From a bacterium (GTDB taxonomy: Bacteria; Campylobacterota; Campylobacteria; Campylobacterales; Sulfurimonadaceae), in NCBI GenBank assembly GCA_018822665.1, contig JAHJJX010000030.1, positions 31,073-95,072 on the forward strand: DNA of 64,000 nucleotides, read 5' to 3'. The position numbers and the translations under genes are program-made. Of this stretch, positions 1-9,653 are shown piece after piece. Below the pieces are notes generated by a model that saw only the letters and a list, made by a program, of their open reading frames with translations, made no database searches and had not been told where the DNA came from. The first letter of the stretch is position 1. Each line of letters opens with the position of its first letter.

Positions 1-236
1 GGCAAATCTTCTTCTACTAAATGGGAGAGAAAATATTCCAGAGTAGGGGTTAGGTCTTCTTTGTTTAAGCCATATATTTTATAAGTCTGTTCAGACCATA
101 GCGTCTTATGGTTTTTTAAATCTACCTCCCAGCTGCCAAGATTTGAAATACTCTCAAACTGTTTAAAAGCGTCTTCTCTTGCTTTTAGTTTTAGTATGGC
201 GGTATTTAACGTATCCTGGAGTTCATTGTCTGGCAT
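1..236 (-). CDS. PAS-domain signalling protein, N-terminal fragment (continues past window edge)
   Basis: The minus-strand frame is open from the ATG at 236-234 to position 1. It reads MPDNELQDTLNTAILKLKAREDAFKQFESISNLGSWEVDLKNHKTLWSEQTYKIYGLNKEDL..., and GAGGA lies about 10 nt upstream. It is absent from the ORF track because it has no stop in the window. The SWEVDL...W...Y.IYG stretch looks like the start of a PAS fold. Confidence 0.5.
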   Translation of the reverse strand, partial: MPDNELQDTLNTAILKLKAREDAFKQFESISNLGSWEVDLKNHKTLWSEQTYKIYGLNKEDLTPTLEYFLSHLVEEDL

Positions 237-242
237 GTGGAA
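231..242 (-). repeat. Copy of over-represented word TTCCACATGCCA (reads TGGCATGTGGAA on + strand)
   Basis: Exact 12-mer. Its internal ATG is the start codon of the partial PAS gene. Confidence 0.9.
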
Positions 243-275
243 TAATTCCTCGTTTGTATGAAATTTAGAGAGTTT

Positions 276-839
276 TTAAAATAAATGTCCCATTTTGTCT
301 TTTTTTGTATTTATATAATCTTCATTATATTTATTAGATTTCATTATTATGGGAACCCTTTGAACAATCTCTATATTGCTGATGGAGTTAATCTTATCTG
401 GATTATTTGTGAGAAGCTTAATTTTATGAATGTTGAAGTGGTGAAGAATGTAAGTCACCATTTCATACGTTCTCTCATCTGCTCCAAAACCCAACTGATG
501 ATTTGCGTCTATGGTATTGTAGCCTTTGTCTTGAAGGGCATACGCATTTATCTTGTTTAAAAGACCTATGTTTCTTCCTTCTTGTCTTAGGTAAATTACC
601 ATTCCGTTTGTTTGAGATGCCAAATTTAAAGCATATTCCAACTGATCTCTGCAGTCACACTTTAAACTGCCAATAGCATCGCCGGTGAGACACTCTGAAT
701 GGACCCTGACTATCGGCACTTCATCAAGGTTGTCCGTGTATATGACTAGGTGTTCTTTTCCACCCTCTTTAAAGGCTTTGACTTTAAAATTACCAAATCT
801 TGAGGGTAAATTTGCTACTTCGGAAATTTCTATGTTCAT
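276..839 (-). CDS. ribA: GTP cyclohydrolase II (monofunctional RibA)
   Basis: VRVHSECLTGDAIGSLKCDCRDQL and IYLRQEGRNIGLLNKINAY are the classic GCH-II zinc and catalytic motifs. I prefer the ATG at 839 (MNIEISEV...). The track start at 914 is a TTG that overlaps the divergent hemB start. Confidence 0.85.
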   Translation of the reverse strand: MNIEISEVANLPSRFGNFKVKAFKEGGKEHLVIYTDNLDEVPIVRVHSECLTGDAIGSLKCDCRDQLEYALNLASQTNGMVIYLRQEGRNIGLLNKINAYALQDKGYNTIDANHQLGFGADERTYEMVTYILHHFNIHKIKLLTNNPDKINSISNIEIVQRVPIIMKSNKYNEDYINTKKDKMGHLF

Positions 840-905
840 TAATTTAAACTTTAAAACGATAAAATCTTTTTTAAAAAAAATTATTATATCAAAAAAAGGA
901 TTATT

Positions 906-1877
906 ATGTTTCAAAGATTTCGACGAAAACGCTTAAATAAACATCTCCGTGCATTGGTAAGAGAAACATCAGTGAGTATTGATGATTTTATTTACCCTCT
1001 CTTTGTTCGTTCAGGCAAAGCAATAAAAACGGAAGTTGCATCTATGCCGGGCGTGTATCAGATGAGTATAGATGAAATTATAAAAGAGTGTCGGGAATTA
1101 AAATCACTTGGTATTTATTCTATTATTCTTTTTGGCATCCCTGATGTTAAGGATTCTATCGGCTCTGATTCTCTTTGCGAGCACGGAATTATTGCATCTG
1201 CAATAAGAAGCATCAAAGAAGTGCATCCGGATATGTTTGTCGTTACGGACCTTTGTTTTTGTGAATACACGGACCATGGGCATTGCGGAATTATTGATGC
1301 AAAACATGAAACTGTTGAAAATGATGCAACTTTAAAAATCTCTGCTTCGCAAGCGATAGTCCACGCGAAGGCCGGCGCAGACATGATAGCACCATCAGGA
1401 ATGATGGATGGAATCATCGAAACATTAAGAGAAGCGCTTGATTCAAACGGATATGAAAATATTCCGATTATGAGCTACTCAACAAAATTTGCGTCAGGAT
1501 ATTACGGCCCGTTTCGTGATGTGGCAGAATCTACTCCAAGTTTTGGAGACCGTGCATCGTATCAAATGGACCCGGCAAACCGTAGGGAAGCAATAGCGGA
1601 AAGTATCTCGGATGAGGCTCAGGGAGCAGATATATTAATGGTAAAACCGGCTCTTGCCTATCTTGATATAGTAAGAGAAATAAAAGACAATACATCGCTT
1701 CCTTTGGCGGTTTATAACGTGAGCGGAGAGTATGCAATGTTGAAGCTGGCACAAAAACATAATTTGATTGATTATGAAAGAGTTGTCATGGAAACAATGA
1801 TTAGCTTTAAGAGGGCAGGAGCAGATATAATTATCTCTTATCATGCAAAAGAAGTTGCAAAAATGTTAAACTCTTAA
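906..1877 (+). CDS. hemB: Porphobilinogen synthase (delta-aminolevulinate dehydratase)
   Basis: Full-length ALAD-like 323 aa protein with [19 protein letters not shown] and [10 protein letters not shown] (active-site Lys) motifs. Confidence 0.9.
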   Translation: MFQRFRRKRLNKHLRALVRETSVSIDDFIYPLFVRSGKAIKTEVASMPGVYQMSIDEIIKECRELKSLGIYSIILFGIPDVKDSIGSDSLCEHGIIASAIRSIKEVHPDMFVVTDLCFCEYTDHGHCGIIDAKHETVENDATLKISASQAIVHAKAGADMIAPSGMMDGIIETLREALDSNGYENIPIMSYSTKFASGYYGPFRDVAESTPSFGDRASYQMDPANRREAIAESISDEAQGADILMVKPALAYLDIVREIKDNTSLPLAVYNVSGEYAMLKLAQKHNLIDYERVVMETMISFKRAGADIIISYHAKEVAKMLNS

Positions 1878-1942
1878 TATTTTTTGTTTATTTAAAGAAA
1901 ACTATATTAAAATATGTAACTGTTCATTTTTAGGAAAATATA

Positions 1943-2869
1943 TTGAGACACTTTTTAACACTGAGAGATTTTACAAAAGAAGAGATTTTAGAGATTATAG
2001 ACACGGCTATCGAAATAAAAAAAGATTTAAAAGCGGGCATTTACAAAGAGCAGCTTAAAAATCAAACTTTGGCCATGATATTTGAAAAAAGCTCAACGAG
2101 AACGAGAGTGAGTTTTGAAACAGGTATGTTTCAGCTTGGCGGTCATGCTTTGTTTTTGTCCAATCGTGACATTCATCTTGGCCGCGGCGAACCGGTAAAA
2201 GATACAGCACGGGTTATTTCAAGCATGTGTGACATGGTTATGATTCGAACTTTTGAACATTCCATGATAGAAGAATTTGCTTCTTATAGCAGAGTCCCTG
2301 TTATAAACGGTTTGACAGATTCTTTTCACCCTGTTCAGCTTCTAGCCGACTATATGACAATGGTTGAGTATGGAGTCGCTGATGGAGCAATTGTTGCATA
2401 TATCGGTGATGGAAATAATATGACGCACTCATGGTTGATGCTTGCGGCTAAGCTTGGTTTTGAACTTAGAATCGCAACCCCAAAAGGGTATGAAGTCAAT
2501 AGGAAAATTTTGGAAGTAGCTTTAAAAATGGCTGAGGAGAGCGGAGCGGTTATTACTCAAACAAATGACCCTAAAACAGCTGTCCGCGGTGCTACTATTG
2601 TTACTACGGATACTTGGGCTTCAATGGGACAAGAAGATGAAAAAGAAGAGAGAATTAAAGCATTCTCCGGCTATATGGTTGATGATAGTATGATGGACAC
2701 GGCTCATAGCGATGCAAGATTTTTACACTGTCTGCCGGCTTATCGAGGGCAAGAAGTTTCAGAGAGTGTTTTAGAAAAACATTCGGAGATTGTTTTTAAT
2801 GAAGCTGAAAATAGACTTCATGCCCAAAAAGGCTTAATGGTTTGGTTAGATAAAAAAAGAGAGAGATAA
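1943..2869 (+). CDS. argF: Ornithine carbamoyltransferase
   Basis: STRTRVSFE carbamoyl-phosphate motif, HPVQLLAD and HCLPA motifs. Uses a TTG start. Confidence 0.85.
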   Translation: MRHFLTLRDFTKEEILEIIDTAIEIKKDLKAGIYKEQLKNQTLAMIFEKSSTRTRVSFETGMFQLGGHALFLSNRDIHLGRGEPVKDTARVISSMCDMVMIRTFEHSMIEEFASYSRVPVINGLTDSFHPVQLLADYMTMVEYGVADGAIVAYIGDGNNMTHSWLMLAAKLGFELRIATPKGYEVNRKILEVALKMAEESGAVITQTNDPKTAVRGATIVTTDTWASMGQEDEKEERIKAFSGYMVDDSMMDTAHSDARFLHCLPAYRGQEVSESVLEKHSEIVFNEAENRLHAQKGLMVWLDKKRER

Positions 2870-4060
2870 ATGAAAACAGTTTTAGCGATTTTTCTTGCTA
2901 CTAGTGTAATGTTTGGTGCTAAGGTCGTGGAAGTTGATGAGAGATTTCAAAAATCGCAAAGCTGCAAAGCGTGTCATTTGCGCATAGTAAAAGAGTGGGA
3001 TGAATCTTGGCATGCTAAATCTCACTACGAAAGCGATGAGTATTTTCGTGCCACAATTGATTATGTGAGCAGAAAAACAAGAAAAAGCTTGAATGGTGTA
3101 AAAGTCGAATGTGCGGCATGTCATAATCCAAGAATTTCTGTTACGAGTACAGATATGAATTATGAAATTATGGCTGTAATGGAATTGGACAAAGGCTCAA
3201 AAGTAAATCAAGCCCTCAGCAGCGATACGCTTAATGAGGGAATTAACTGTATCGTTTGTCACAATATTGATAAAATACATGCAGACAAAGATGCCTCTAT
3301 AAGAGGAATACACCGTGTAGAATGGAGTAAATCAGGGATAATGACCGGCCCGTACAATGATGCTTCCTCTCCCTATCATAAAGTGGAGCACCGTGATTTT
3401 ATGAGCAATAACTCTGAACAGTTATGTTTTGTGTGTCATGCAAATGATAAATCTGTAGAAGGCTTAGTTTTTACGGACATGCAAAGTGAATATCAAAAAG
3501 ATAAAAAATCTTGTGTTGATTGCCACATGGGAGAAGTGCAGCTTGGCGCGGCGGCATCACTCAAAATTGATAAAGGAAAAGTTAAAGAGAGAGAAATACG
3601 AGGGCACGGTTTTTCAGGGGCGCATTCTGCCGGCATGTGGGAAGATGCATTGGAACTTAGTTTATTGCAACAAGGGGACGAAATAGTTATTACTATTTCA
3701 AATCCTCAGCCGCATAATATTCCAAGCGGTTTTGGCTCTCGTGAATTAATACTTGATTTATCTTATAAAAAAGGCTTGAGTGAACTTGAAAATAGCTCCA
3801 TTTCATTAACAAGACACTATACAAGCAAGAGAGACAAGCCAACTATTCCCCATTTGGCTCTCAGTTCAACAAAAGATATGAGTATTCCTGCAAATGGAAC
3901 AAAAATATTAAAAGTACCGACTGTAAAAGGTGCGACTTTTGTAGATGTGAAATTATCTTTCCGTTTGGTAAATGATGAAGTGAAATCAATCTTAAATCTC
4001 AAAGAAGCAATTTGGTCAGAGAAATTTTTTATCGTATCTACTAGTTTGAAACTTAAATAA
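2870..4060 (+). CDS. Periplasmic multiheme c-type cytochrome (5 CxxCH)
   Basis: Signal peptide followed by CKACH, CAACH, CIVCH, CFVCH and CVDCH. The ATG directly abuts the argF stop codon. Confidence 0.75.
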   Translation: MKTVLAIFLATSVMFGAKVVEVDERFQKSQSCKACHLRIVKEWDESWHAKSHYESDEYFRATIDYVSRKTRKSLNGVKVECAACHNPRISVTSTDMNYEIMAVMELDKGSKVNQALSSDTLNEGINCIVCHNIDKIHADKDASIRGIHRVEWSKSGIMTGPYNDASSPYHKVEHRDFMSNNSEQLCFVCHANDKSVEGLVFTDMQSEYQKDKKSCVDCHMGEVQLGAAASLKIDKGKVKEREIRGHGFSGAHSAGMWEDALELSLLQQGDEIVITISNPQPHNIPSGFGSRELILDLSYKKGLSELENSSISLTRHYTSKRDKPTIPHLALSSTKDMSIPANGTKILKVPTVKGATFVDVKLSFRLVNDEVKSILNLKEAIWSEKFFIVSTSLKLK

Positions 4061-4070
4061 TATTAAAAAG

Positions 4071-4096
4071 TATAAAGCCTATTTCTAGGCTTTATA
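4071..4096. terminator. Hairpin between convergent genes (bidirectional terminator candidate)
   Basis: TATAAAGCCT-atttct-AGGCTTTATA forms a perfect 10-bp stem. It lies between the cytochrome stop (4060) and the stop of the minus-strand gene (4092). Confidence 0.55.
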
Positions 4097-4964
4097 TCCA
4101 TCCTTTAGAATCTTCCATAATCGCTTTGTTGTTCATATCGAAAATGGATATAATGTCCGTAATAGCACTCGTTCCTTTGTCAAAGTATTCACTTGAATCC
4201 ATATTTGGAGCATCTTTTAGAATCCCTTCTTTGGTTACTTTACTAAATTCTTCAATTGACTTTTCGCTTAGCATCAGACTGCGTTCCAAATCATCTTTGT
4301 ATTTATTTTTGTATTTCGCATTAATAGTTCTCATATTTGCGTAAAAAACAGACTGAAGATGTTCAACTTCCGCCAAGAGTGCTTTTAGCTGATAGAGTTG
4401 CTTTTTATTGAGTGTTCCCCTTGCAGCCGCACCGGAGCCTAAGCCTCTTAATTGACCTATATTTTCTGTTAAGGGCAAGATGGTTTCCATCATAACCGTA
4501 GCAGCTTCTTTACCAAAAGGATTGAGGTCTCCAAAATTCTTTTTGCTTATCGTTTGTGCAAGCATGAGAATTTGAGCTATATTCTCTGTGTATGCATCAA
4601 AAGCTTCCTCTGAACTAAGCTTGAGTGCTTTGCTGTTTAAAGTAATCAATGATCTGCTGATTGCCGTAGCTCGGGTGTTTACCACCGGATCCTCTGACAG
4701 GGAGAGTGATTCCATAGTTCCAATAGCTTTTTTCATGTCAGATCTATAGTTGTATATTAACAGTAAAGCGGATTCGTTACCGTTTATATAGGCATTTGTA
4801 GTACCGCGAGTCTTTTGTGTCGCCTCAACCAGATTTTTTAATGCTCCGATATATATACCATTATCCACTTGACTAGTGTTGCTAAATAATGATTTTGCAT
4901 ATATGCTCATTACCAAAATACTCAACATAAGAATAACACGCATTCTTTTCTCCTTGAATTTCAC
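4092..4964 (-). CDS. Secreted NIT (nitrate/nitrite-sensing-type) domain protein
   Basis: Signal peptide (ILMLSILVMSIYA) and an all-helical sequence. The stretch QKTRGTTNAYINGNES resembles the ERG..xY core of NIT domains. There is no output domain. Confidence 0.5.
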   Translation of the reverse strand: MKFKEKRMRVILMLSILVMSIYAKSLFSNTSQVDNGIYIGALKNLVEATQKTRGTTNAYINGNESALLLIYNYRSDMKKAIGTMESLSLSEDPVVNTRATAISRSLITLNSKALKLSSEEAFDAYTENIAQILMLAQTISKKNFGDLNPFGKEAATVMMETILPLTENIGQLRGLGSGAAARGTLNKKQLYQLKALLAEVEHLQSVFYANMRTINAKYKNKYKDDLERSLMLSEKSIEEFSKVTKEGILKDAPNMDSSEYFDKGTSAITDIISIFDMNNKAIMEDSKGWI

Positions 4965-5060
4965 ACAATTTCTAACATAAAGCGCGGCTTTAGTAGAAAA
5001 GTATTATATCTAACTCGCGTGCGAATTATCTTAATCTATGTCAAGAAAAAGCATTTTTAT

Positions 5061-6020
5061 TTAGTATTTTATTCCTGTCACAGACCTTATCTTTTCTATC
5101 ATCGGCAAAGCTGTTTCTTTTGCTTTTTTTGCTCCGATATTTAAAATATTTCTCACTTCCTCTTGATGCTTTTCAAAATATTCCCGTTTTTCTCTAAACT
5201 CTCTAAAATATTCCCACATAACTTCTCCAAGATATATTTTAAAGTGACCGTGGCCTTCTCCGCCCCTTTTATACCTCTCTTGAAGTGCTCTGAGGTTGTC
5301 TCCCTCTAAAAAGAGCTTTGCCATATTGTAAACATTACATGTTTCATACTCTTTTGGCTCTTCAACCGCGACATTTTGAGTAACAATCTTTTTGATTGTT
5401 TTCATTTGTTTTTTTTCATCACCAAAAATATTGACGATATTTCCATAGCTTTTAGACATCTTCTGTCCGTCAATTCCAGGAACGGTTTGAACTTCCTCTT
5501 GAACTCTAAAATTCGGAAGAGTTAAGATGTCTCCGTATTGATTGTTAAATTTTATAGCGATATCTCTTGCAATCTCCACATGTTGAATCTGATCTTTTCC
5601 AACCGGAACCACATCTGAGTTAAAAAGTAAAATATCTGCTGCCATTAAAACAGGATATGAAAAAAGAGAGTGGTTTGCCGCGATGCCTTTAGCTGTTTTG
5701 TCTTTATAGCTGTGAGCACGTTCCAACAAGCCCATAGGAGTAAAAGAGGATAAAATCCAGTAGAGTTCCAGTACCTCTTTTACATCAGATTGAACCCAAA
5801 ATGTTGATTTATCAGGTTCAATTCCAAGTGCTAAAAAATCCGTTGCACACTGCATTGTTAGCTTTGATAAATCCTTACCGCCGCTTGTCATTGCATGGTA
5901 GTTTGCTATAAAAGCAAAAGTATCACTGTTCTTTTGTGCATCCACCATCTGTTTTATTGAGCCGAAATAGTTTCCTATATGCAAATCTCCTGATGGCTGA
6001 ATACCTGTTAATACTCTCAT
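5061..6020 (-). CDS. trpS: Tryptophan--tRNA ligase
   Basis: GIQPSGDLHIGNY (HIGH-type) and KMSKS motifs. The ATG at 6020 has AGGAAA 8 nt upstream. The track start at 6050 adds 10 unlikely residues. Confidence 0.9.
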   Translation of the reverse strand: MRVLTGIQPSGDLHIGNYFGSIKQMVDAQKNSDTFAFIANYHAMTSGGKDLSKLTMQCATDFLALGIEPDKSTFWVQSDVKEVLELYWILSSFTPMGLLERAHSYKDKTAKGIAANHSLFSYPVLMAADILLFNSDVVPVGKDQIQHVEIARDIAIKFNNQYGDILTLPNFRVQEEVQTVPGIDGQKMSKSYGNIVNIFGDEKKQMKTIKKIVTQNVAVEEPKEYETCNVYNMAKLFLEGDNLRALQERYKRGGEGHGHFKIYLGEVMWEYFREFREKREYFEKHQEEVRNILNIGAKKAKETALPMIEKIRSVTGIKY

Positions 6021-6159
6021 AATATATTTCCTAGATTTTTTTTGTAACATTATATCAAATTGAATTAATTTAAATACTTCTCATTACCTTTTCAGCTTTA
6101 ATTTGTTATGATTTAGACATATTTAAAAAAGTAGTTCTACTACAGACAAAGGGTTTATT

Positions 6160-6489
6160 ATGAATGTACAAATTCGTTCAAAAGGTGTTGCTCTGCATGG
6201 CGGTGTAAGGTCTCATGTGGAAGATGCAGTTGATGCTTTTAAAAAATTTCAGTTGGATATTACTACTGTTAATGTCAATATTTCAACAGAAAAAAAAGGT
6301 GTTGCAGTGGAGTTTGATATTCATATTGCGCACGCTCAGCCGGTTGTAATCAATCAAAGTGATGATGATTTAGATACAGCTATTGATTTGGCGATAGAAA
6401 GAGCTTCAAAAGCACTTCGTCGTATACATGGAAAGGTTACTTCTAAACAATCTGAATCTATTAAAGATTTAGAAACACTAGATGCTTAA
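6160..6489 (+). CDS. Short HPF/RaiA-family ribosome-associated protein
   Basis: 109 aa. The stretch INQSDDDLDTAIDLAIERASKALRR matches the sigma-54-modulation/HPF fold signature and is paralogous to the long HPF at 21786-22328. Confidence 0.7.
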   Translation: MNVQIRSKGVALHGGVRSHVEDAVDAFKKFQLDITTVNVNISTEKKGVAVEFDIHIAHAQPVVINQSDDDLDTAIDLAIERASKALRRIHGKVTSKQSESIKDLETLDA

Positions 6490-6500
6490 TTCCACATGCC
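6490..6500 (+). repeat. Copy of over-represented word TTCCACATGCC
   Basis: Exact 11-mer beginning 1 nt after the stop codon at 6489. It pairs with the near-copy GGCATGTGcAA at 6508-6518. Confidence 0.9.
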
Positions 6501-6515
6501 TAATTTTGGCATGTG
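6493..6515 (+). terminator. Hairpin built from inverted motif copies
   Basis: CACATGCC-taatttt-GGCATGTG forms a perfect 8-bp stem directly after the HPF-like gene. There is no clear U-tract. Confidence 0.4.
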
Positions 6516-6551
6516 CAAACCTCTCATTCTTTTCTGCTTAGGAAATCTTCT

Positions 6552-7157
6552 TTGAAATTTTTTGTTTTTGTTTTTTTATTTGTAAATATGCTTGCAAGTG
6601 ATGATTATTCATTAAGACTAGCATACGGGAAGGTGACCGATAGTGACTTTGGTCAAATACTCTCAGGAGATATAAGGTCATACCCTGAGGATTTAAGGGT
6701 TTTGGCCTTGGACGGCGGCTATCTTTTGAGAAAAAATATGTATGAGCTGCCAATGGATGTTTATTTTAAAGTTGGATTGAGCCGTTTTGATGAAAATGGA
6801 TTGCAAGATGATATATATGAAAGCACTTTTTATATAAAGGCGTATTGGAATTTTGATTTTTTAGACAAGAGGGTAAGGCTAGGTTTTGGAGAAGGAGTTT
6901 CTTACACAAGCGGCATTTTATCGACTGAATATAAAGAAGCACAGTCACAAGAACCGGCCGGAAATAATTCAAAAATTTTAAATTATATAGATTTTAGTTT
7001 AGATTTTGAGTTGGGGAAATTACTTGGATATAAGCCACTTTATGGAACTTCCTTAGGCTGGGCAATAAAACATCGTTCAGGTGTTTATGGTTTGATAAAT
7101 GGTGTGAGACGCGGTGGCTCTAACTATAATACTCTTTATATAGAGACAAATTTTTAA
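6552..7157 (+). CDS. Outer-membrane beta-barrel protein (possibly PagL-like lipid A deacylase)
   Basis: C-terminal ...YIETNF (terminal Phe) and an alternating hydrophobic pattern. KHRSG...GSNYN loosely recalls the PagL His/Ser region. I prefer the TTG at 6552 (AGGA 8 nt upstream, then signal peptide KFFVFVFLFVNMLA). The track start at 6513 lies inside the upstream hairpin. Confidence 0.45.
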   Translation: MKFFVFVFLFVNMLASDDYSLRLAYGKVTDSDFGQILSGDIRSYPEDLRVLALDGGYLLRKNMYELPMDVYFKVGLSRFDENGLQDDIYESTFYIKAYWNFDFLDKRVRLGFGEGVSYTSGILSTEYKEAQSQEPAGNNSKILNYIDFSLDFELGKLLGYKPLYGTSLGWAIKHRSGVYGLINGVRRGGSNYNTLYIETNF

Positions 7158-7166
7158 AGGATTCTT

Positions 7167-7613
7167 ATGTACAATTGGATAGTTTGGTTTCATATTATTT
7201 CTATGATTTCTTGGTTTGCAGTTTTGTTTTATATGCCAAGACTGTTTGTGTATCATGCAGAAAATGCGCAAAATGCAGGTTTTGTTGAAGTTGTTAAAGT
7301 TATGGAGTTTAAAATATACCAATATATAGGTGTTCCTGCCATGTGGGCAACAGTTATCAGCGGAATAGCTTTAATTTTTCTCTCTACTTCCCATTATAGC
7401 GGGGTAAATATTTTATCCACAGGCGGATGGCTTCATACTAAAATACTTTTTGTAATATTCTTAATGGTATATTTCTTTTCTTTAAATGTGATGAGAAAAC
7501 GACTATTGGAAGACAAATGTGCCAAAAGTGGAAAGTTTTTCCGTATGTATAATGAAGTTCCAACTGTTTTACTGCTTATTATTGTAGCAATGGTGATAAT
7601 AAGGCCATTTTAA
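7167..7613 (+). CDS. hemJ: Protoporphyrinogen IX oxidase HemJ
   Basis: WFHIISMISWFAVLFYMPRLFVYHAE is the hallmark HemJ (UPF0093) N-terminal motif. 148 aa, about 4 TM segments. Confidence 0.75.
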   Translation: MYNWIVWFHIISMISWFAVLFYMPRLFVYHAENAQNAGFVEVVKVMEFKIYQYIGVPAMWATVISGIALIFLSTSHYSGVNILSTGGWLHTKILFVIFLMVYFFSLNVMRKRLLEDKCAKSGKFFRMYNEVPTVLLLIIVAMVIIRPF

Positions 7614-7619
7614 CCGATT

Positions 7620-7655
7620 GAGTAGATTATGTGCATGAAAACACATAATCTACTC
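7620..7655. terminator. Bidirectional terminator hairpin
   Basis: GAGTAGATTATGTG-catgaaaa-CACATAATCTACTC forms a perfect 14-bp stem between convergent hemJ and der. Confidence 0.7.
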
Positions 7656-7662
7656 TCAAATA

Positions 7663-9147
7663 CTATTTATCACCTCTTTTTTTCGCCTTAAACAGTACGG
7701 GAGTCCCCGTAAAATTAAAGGCTTCTCTGAGTTTATTTGTGAGGTACCTTCTGTAAGTAAAGTGAAGACCTTTTGGTTTATTCATAACAATAGCTATTTT
7801 TGGCGGTCGTGTTTCATATTGGGTTGCATAATAGATGCGGATAACTTGACCGCGCATACTCGGAAGCTGATGCCTTCTTAACGCTTTTTCCATAGCTTCA
7901 TTCAGTTTTGAAGTTGTAATTCTCTGAGAATAGTTATCGTTTATCTCTAAAATCATATCATGGAGCTTCTCAACTCTTTGTTTTGTGTTCGCAGACAGAG
8001 TGATAATCGGCGCATAAGCCAAGAATTTAAATCTGTCTCTTACTTCAAGAATTATTTTATCGTAATCTTCTCTTTTGGCAATATCCCATTTATTTAAGAC
8101 GATGATACACGCCAACCTGTTTTTATCTACAAGCCCGGCTATTTTTTCATCAAGATCTAAAAAAGGCTCACTTGCATCTAAAACAACGAGTGCCATATTT
8201 GCACTGTCAAGCATCTCTGTTGTTCGCATGAGAGCAAATTTTTCAATACCTGTGATTTTTCCCCTTTTTCGAATTCCTGCCGTGTCAACAAAAGTTAATT
8301 GTTTTCCCTTGTATTCAATGCTTTCATCTATCGGGTCAATGGTCGTTCCGGCTACACTGCTCACAACTGAACGTTCCTCTTTTAACAGCGCATTAAGAAG
8401 AGAGCTTTTTCCAACATTTACGCGGCCGATAATTGCAATTTTAATATGATTAATATCATTTTCATCGAACTCTTTAATCATATCATTTTGAGCAAAAATG
8501 GAGTTATCTTCTACTTCTTCTTCATCAGTGTAAAAAAAGTCATCACCTTCTTCATTGTTATCATCCGAAACACCTTCAAAAAAGTCATATTCATCATTAT
8601 CGTCTTCTGTTTCATCTTCAGCTTCTTGTGATTCTGTTTCCTCATCTACAATAATATCACTCTCGGGAACATGCGCGTAAATCCAGTCGATGAGAGCGTT
8701 AACGCTTCTGTTATGAGATACGGATATTCCAAAAATAGCATCCGTACCAAACTCATAATAATCCCAAAGTTTCTCTTGCATTTTGTCATTGTCAATTTTA
8801 TTTACAACGAGGGCAACATCCTTACCAAGGCTTTGAAGCTCATAAAACAACTTTTTATCCTCTTCTTCGGGCAAACCTTTGCCATCAACCATAAATAAAA
8901 CAATATCAGCTTTGTGCGCTGTTTCAAGTGACTTTTTTTTGATTTTATCGTATAACTCACACCCTTTATCTAGCCCGCCGGTGTCTAAAAGCTCAACTCG
9001 TTTGTCTATGATGACCGCATTTCTTCTTTTGACATCTCTTGTTGTTCCAGCTATATCGGATGTTATTGCATCTCTCTTTTTCATTAAACGATTAAATAAT
9101 GAGCTTTTTCCAACATTTGGGCGACCAATAATGGCGATTTTTTTCAT
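7663..9147 (-). CDS. der: Ribosome-biogenesis GTPase Der (EngA)
   Basis: Two tandem G domains (GRPNVGKSS...DTGG...NKID and GRVNVGKSS...DTAG...NKWD) plus a KH-like C-terminus. The inter-domain linker is acidic. Confidence 0.9.
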   Translation of the reverse strand: MKKIAIIGRPNVGKSSLFNRLMKKRDAITSDIAGTTRDVKRRNAVIIDKRVELLDTGGLDKGCELYDKIKKKSLETAHKADIVLFMVDGKGLPEEEDKKLFYELQSLGKDVALVVNKIDNDKMQEKLWDYYEFGTDAIFGISVSHNRSVNALIDWIYAHVPESDIIVDEETESQEAEDETEDDNDEYDFFEGVSDDNNEEGDDFFYTDEEEVEDNSIFAQNDMIKEFDENDINHIKIAIIGRVNVGKSSLLNALLKEERSVVSSVAGTTIDPIDESIEYKGKQLTFVDTAGIRKRGKITGIEKFALMRTTEMLDSANMALVVLDASEPFLDLDEKIAGLVDKNRLACIIVLNKWDIAKREDYDKIILEVRDRFKFLAYAPIITLSANTKQRVEKLHDMILEINDNYSQRITTSKLNEAMEKALRRHQLPSMRGQVIRIYYATQYETRPPKIAIVMNKPKGLHFTYRRYLTNKLREAFNFTGTPVLFKAKKRGDK

Positions 9148-9248
9148 GACTTGCCTTGTGAGTAGTAAAATAGTGAAGAGTTTAAATCTTATTGGGAATT
9201 ATATCTAAATAATAGTTGAAGGGTGAAATCTTCTCAAAAAGAGAAGAT

Positions 9249-9653
9249 TTAGTCTAGTACAAGCCAGATAAAGAACTCTTGGGTTTTTGGATCTTGCCAA
9301 GCTTCTTCTATATGTGCGGTAATAGTGCTTGAGTCGGACGTGTATGAACTGTCAATATCTATGGTAGTAGACACGTTATCATTTTTCAGATGTTCTTTCT
9401 TGATCATACTTAAAGAAACTTTTACACCTCTTTGAAGTGCCATCTCATCTAAAGCACGAGTAATAGCAAGATTTCTCTGATAAGAAAGACCTTTATAGTG
9501 TCTATACGCTGTTCCGACAGCACCAACTTTACCATTTTGGTTTGGATTCATTATCCAAGAAGGACTGAAATCTTCCACCACTGCCGACTTGGGCTTACTG
9601 CAACCCGAAAAAGCCAACAGTGCTAGAAGCAAAAAAGCTAAAAAACTCTTCAT
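9249..9653 (-). CDS. Lipoprotein (LPP20-operon-type)
   Basis: Lipobox LLALLAFSGC. It is co-oriented with, and overlaps by 1 nt, the upstream LPP20-family gene. Confidence 0.55.
   Translation of the reverse strand: MKSFLAFLLLALLAFSGCSKPKSAVVEDFSPSWIMNPNQNGKVGAVGTAYRHYKGLSYQRNLAITRALDEMALQRGVKVSLSMIKKEHLKNDNVSTTIDIDSSYTSDSSTITAHIEEAWQDPKTQEFFIWLVLD

Noticed and set aside
8449-8664. A ~70-aa poly-acidic insertion between the two GTPase domains of Der, considered as a possible gene fusion or novelty.
   Set aside because: The reading frame is continuous, and acidic inter-domain linkers are a known feature of Der/EngA, as in E. coli. It is probably only a length variant.
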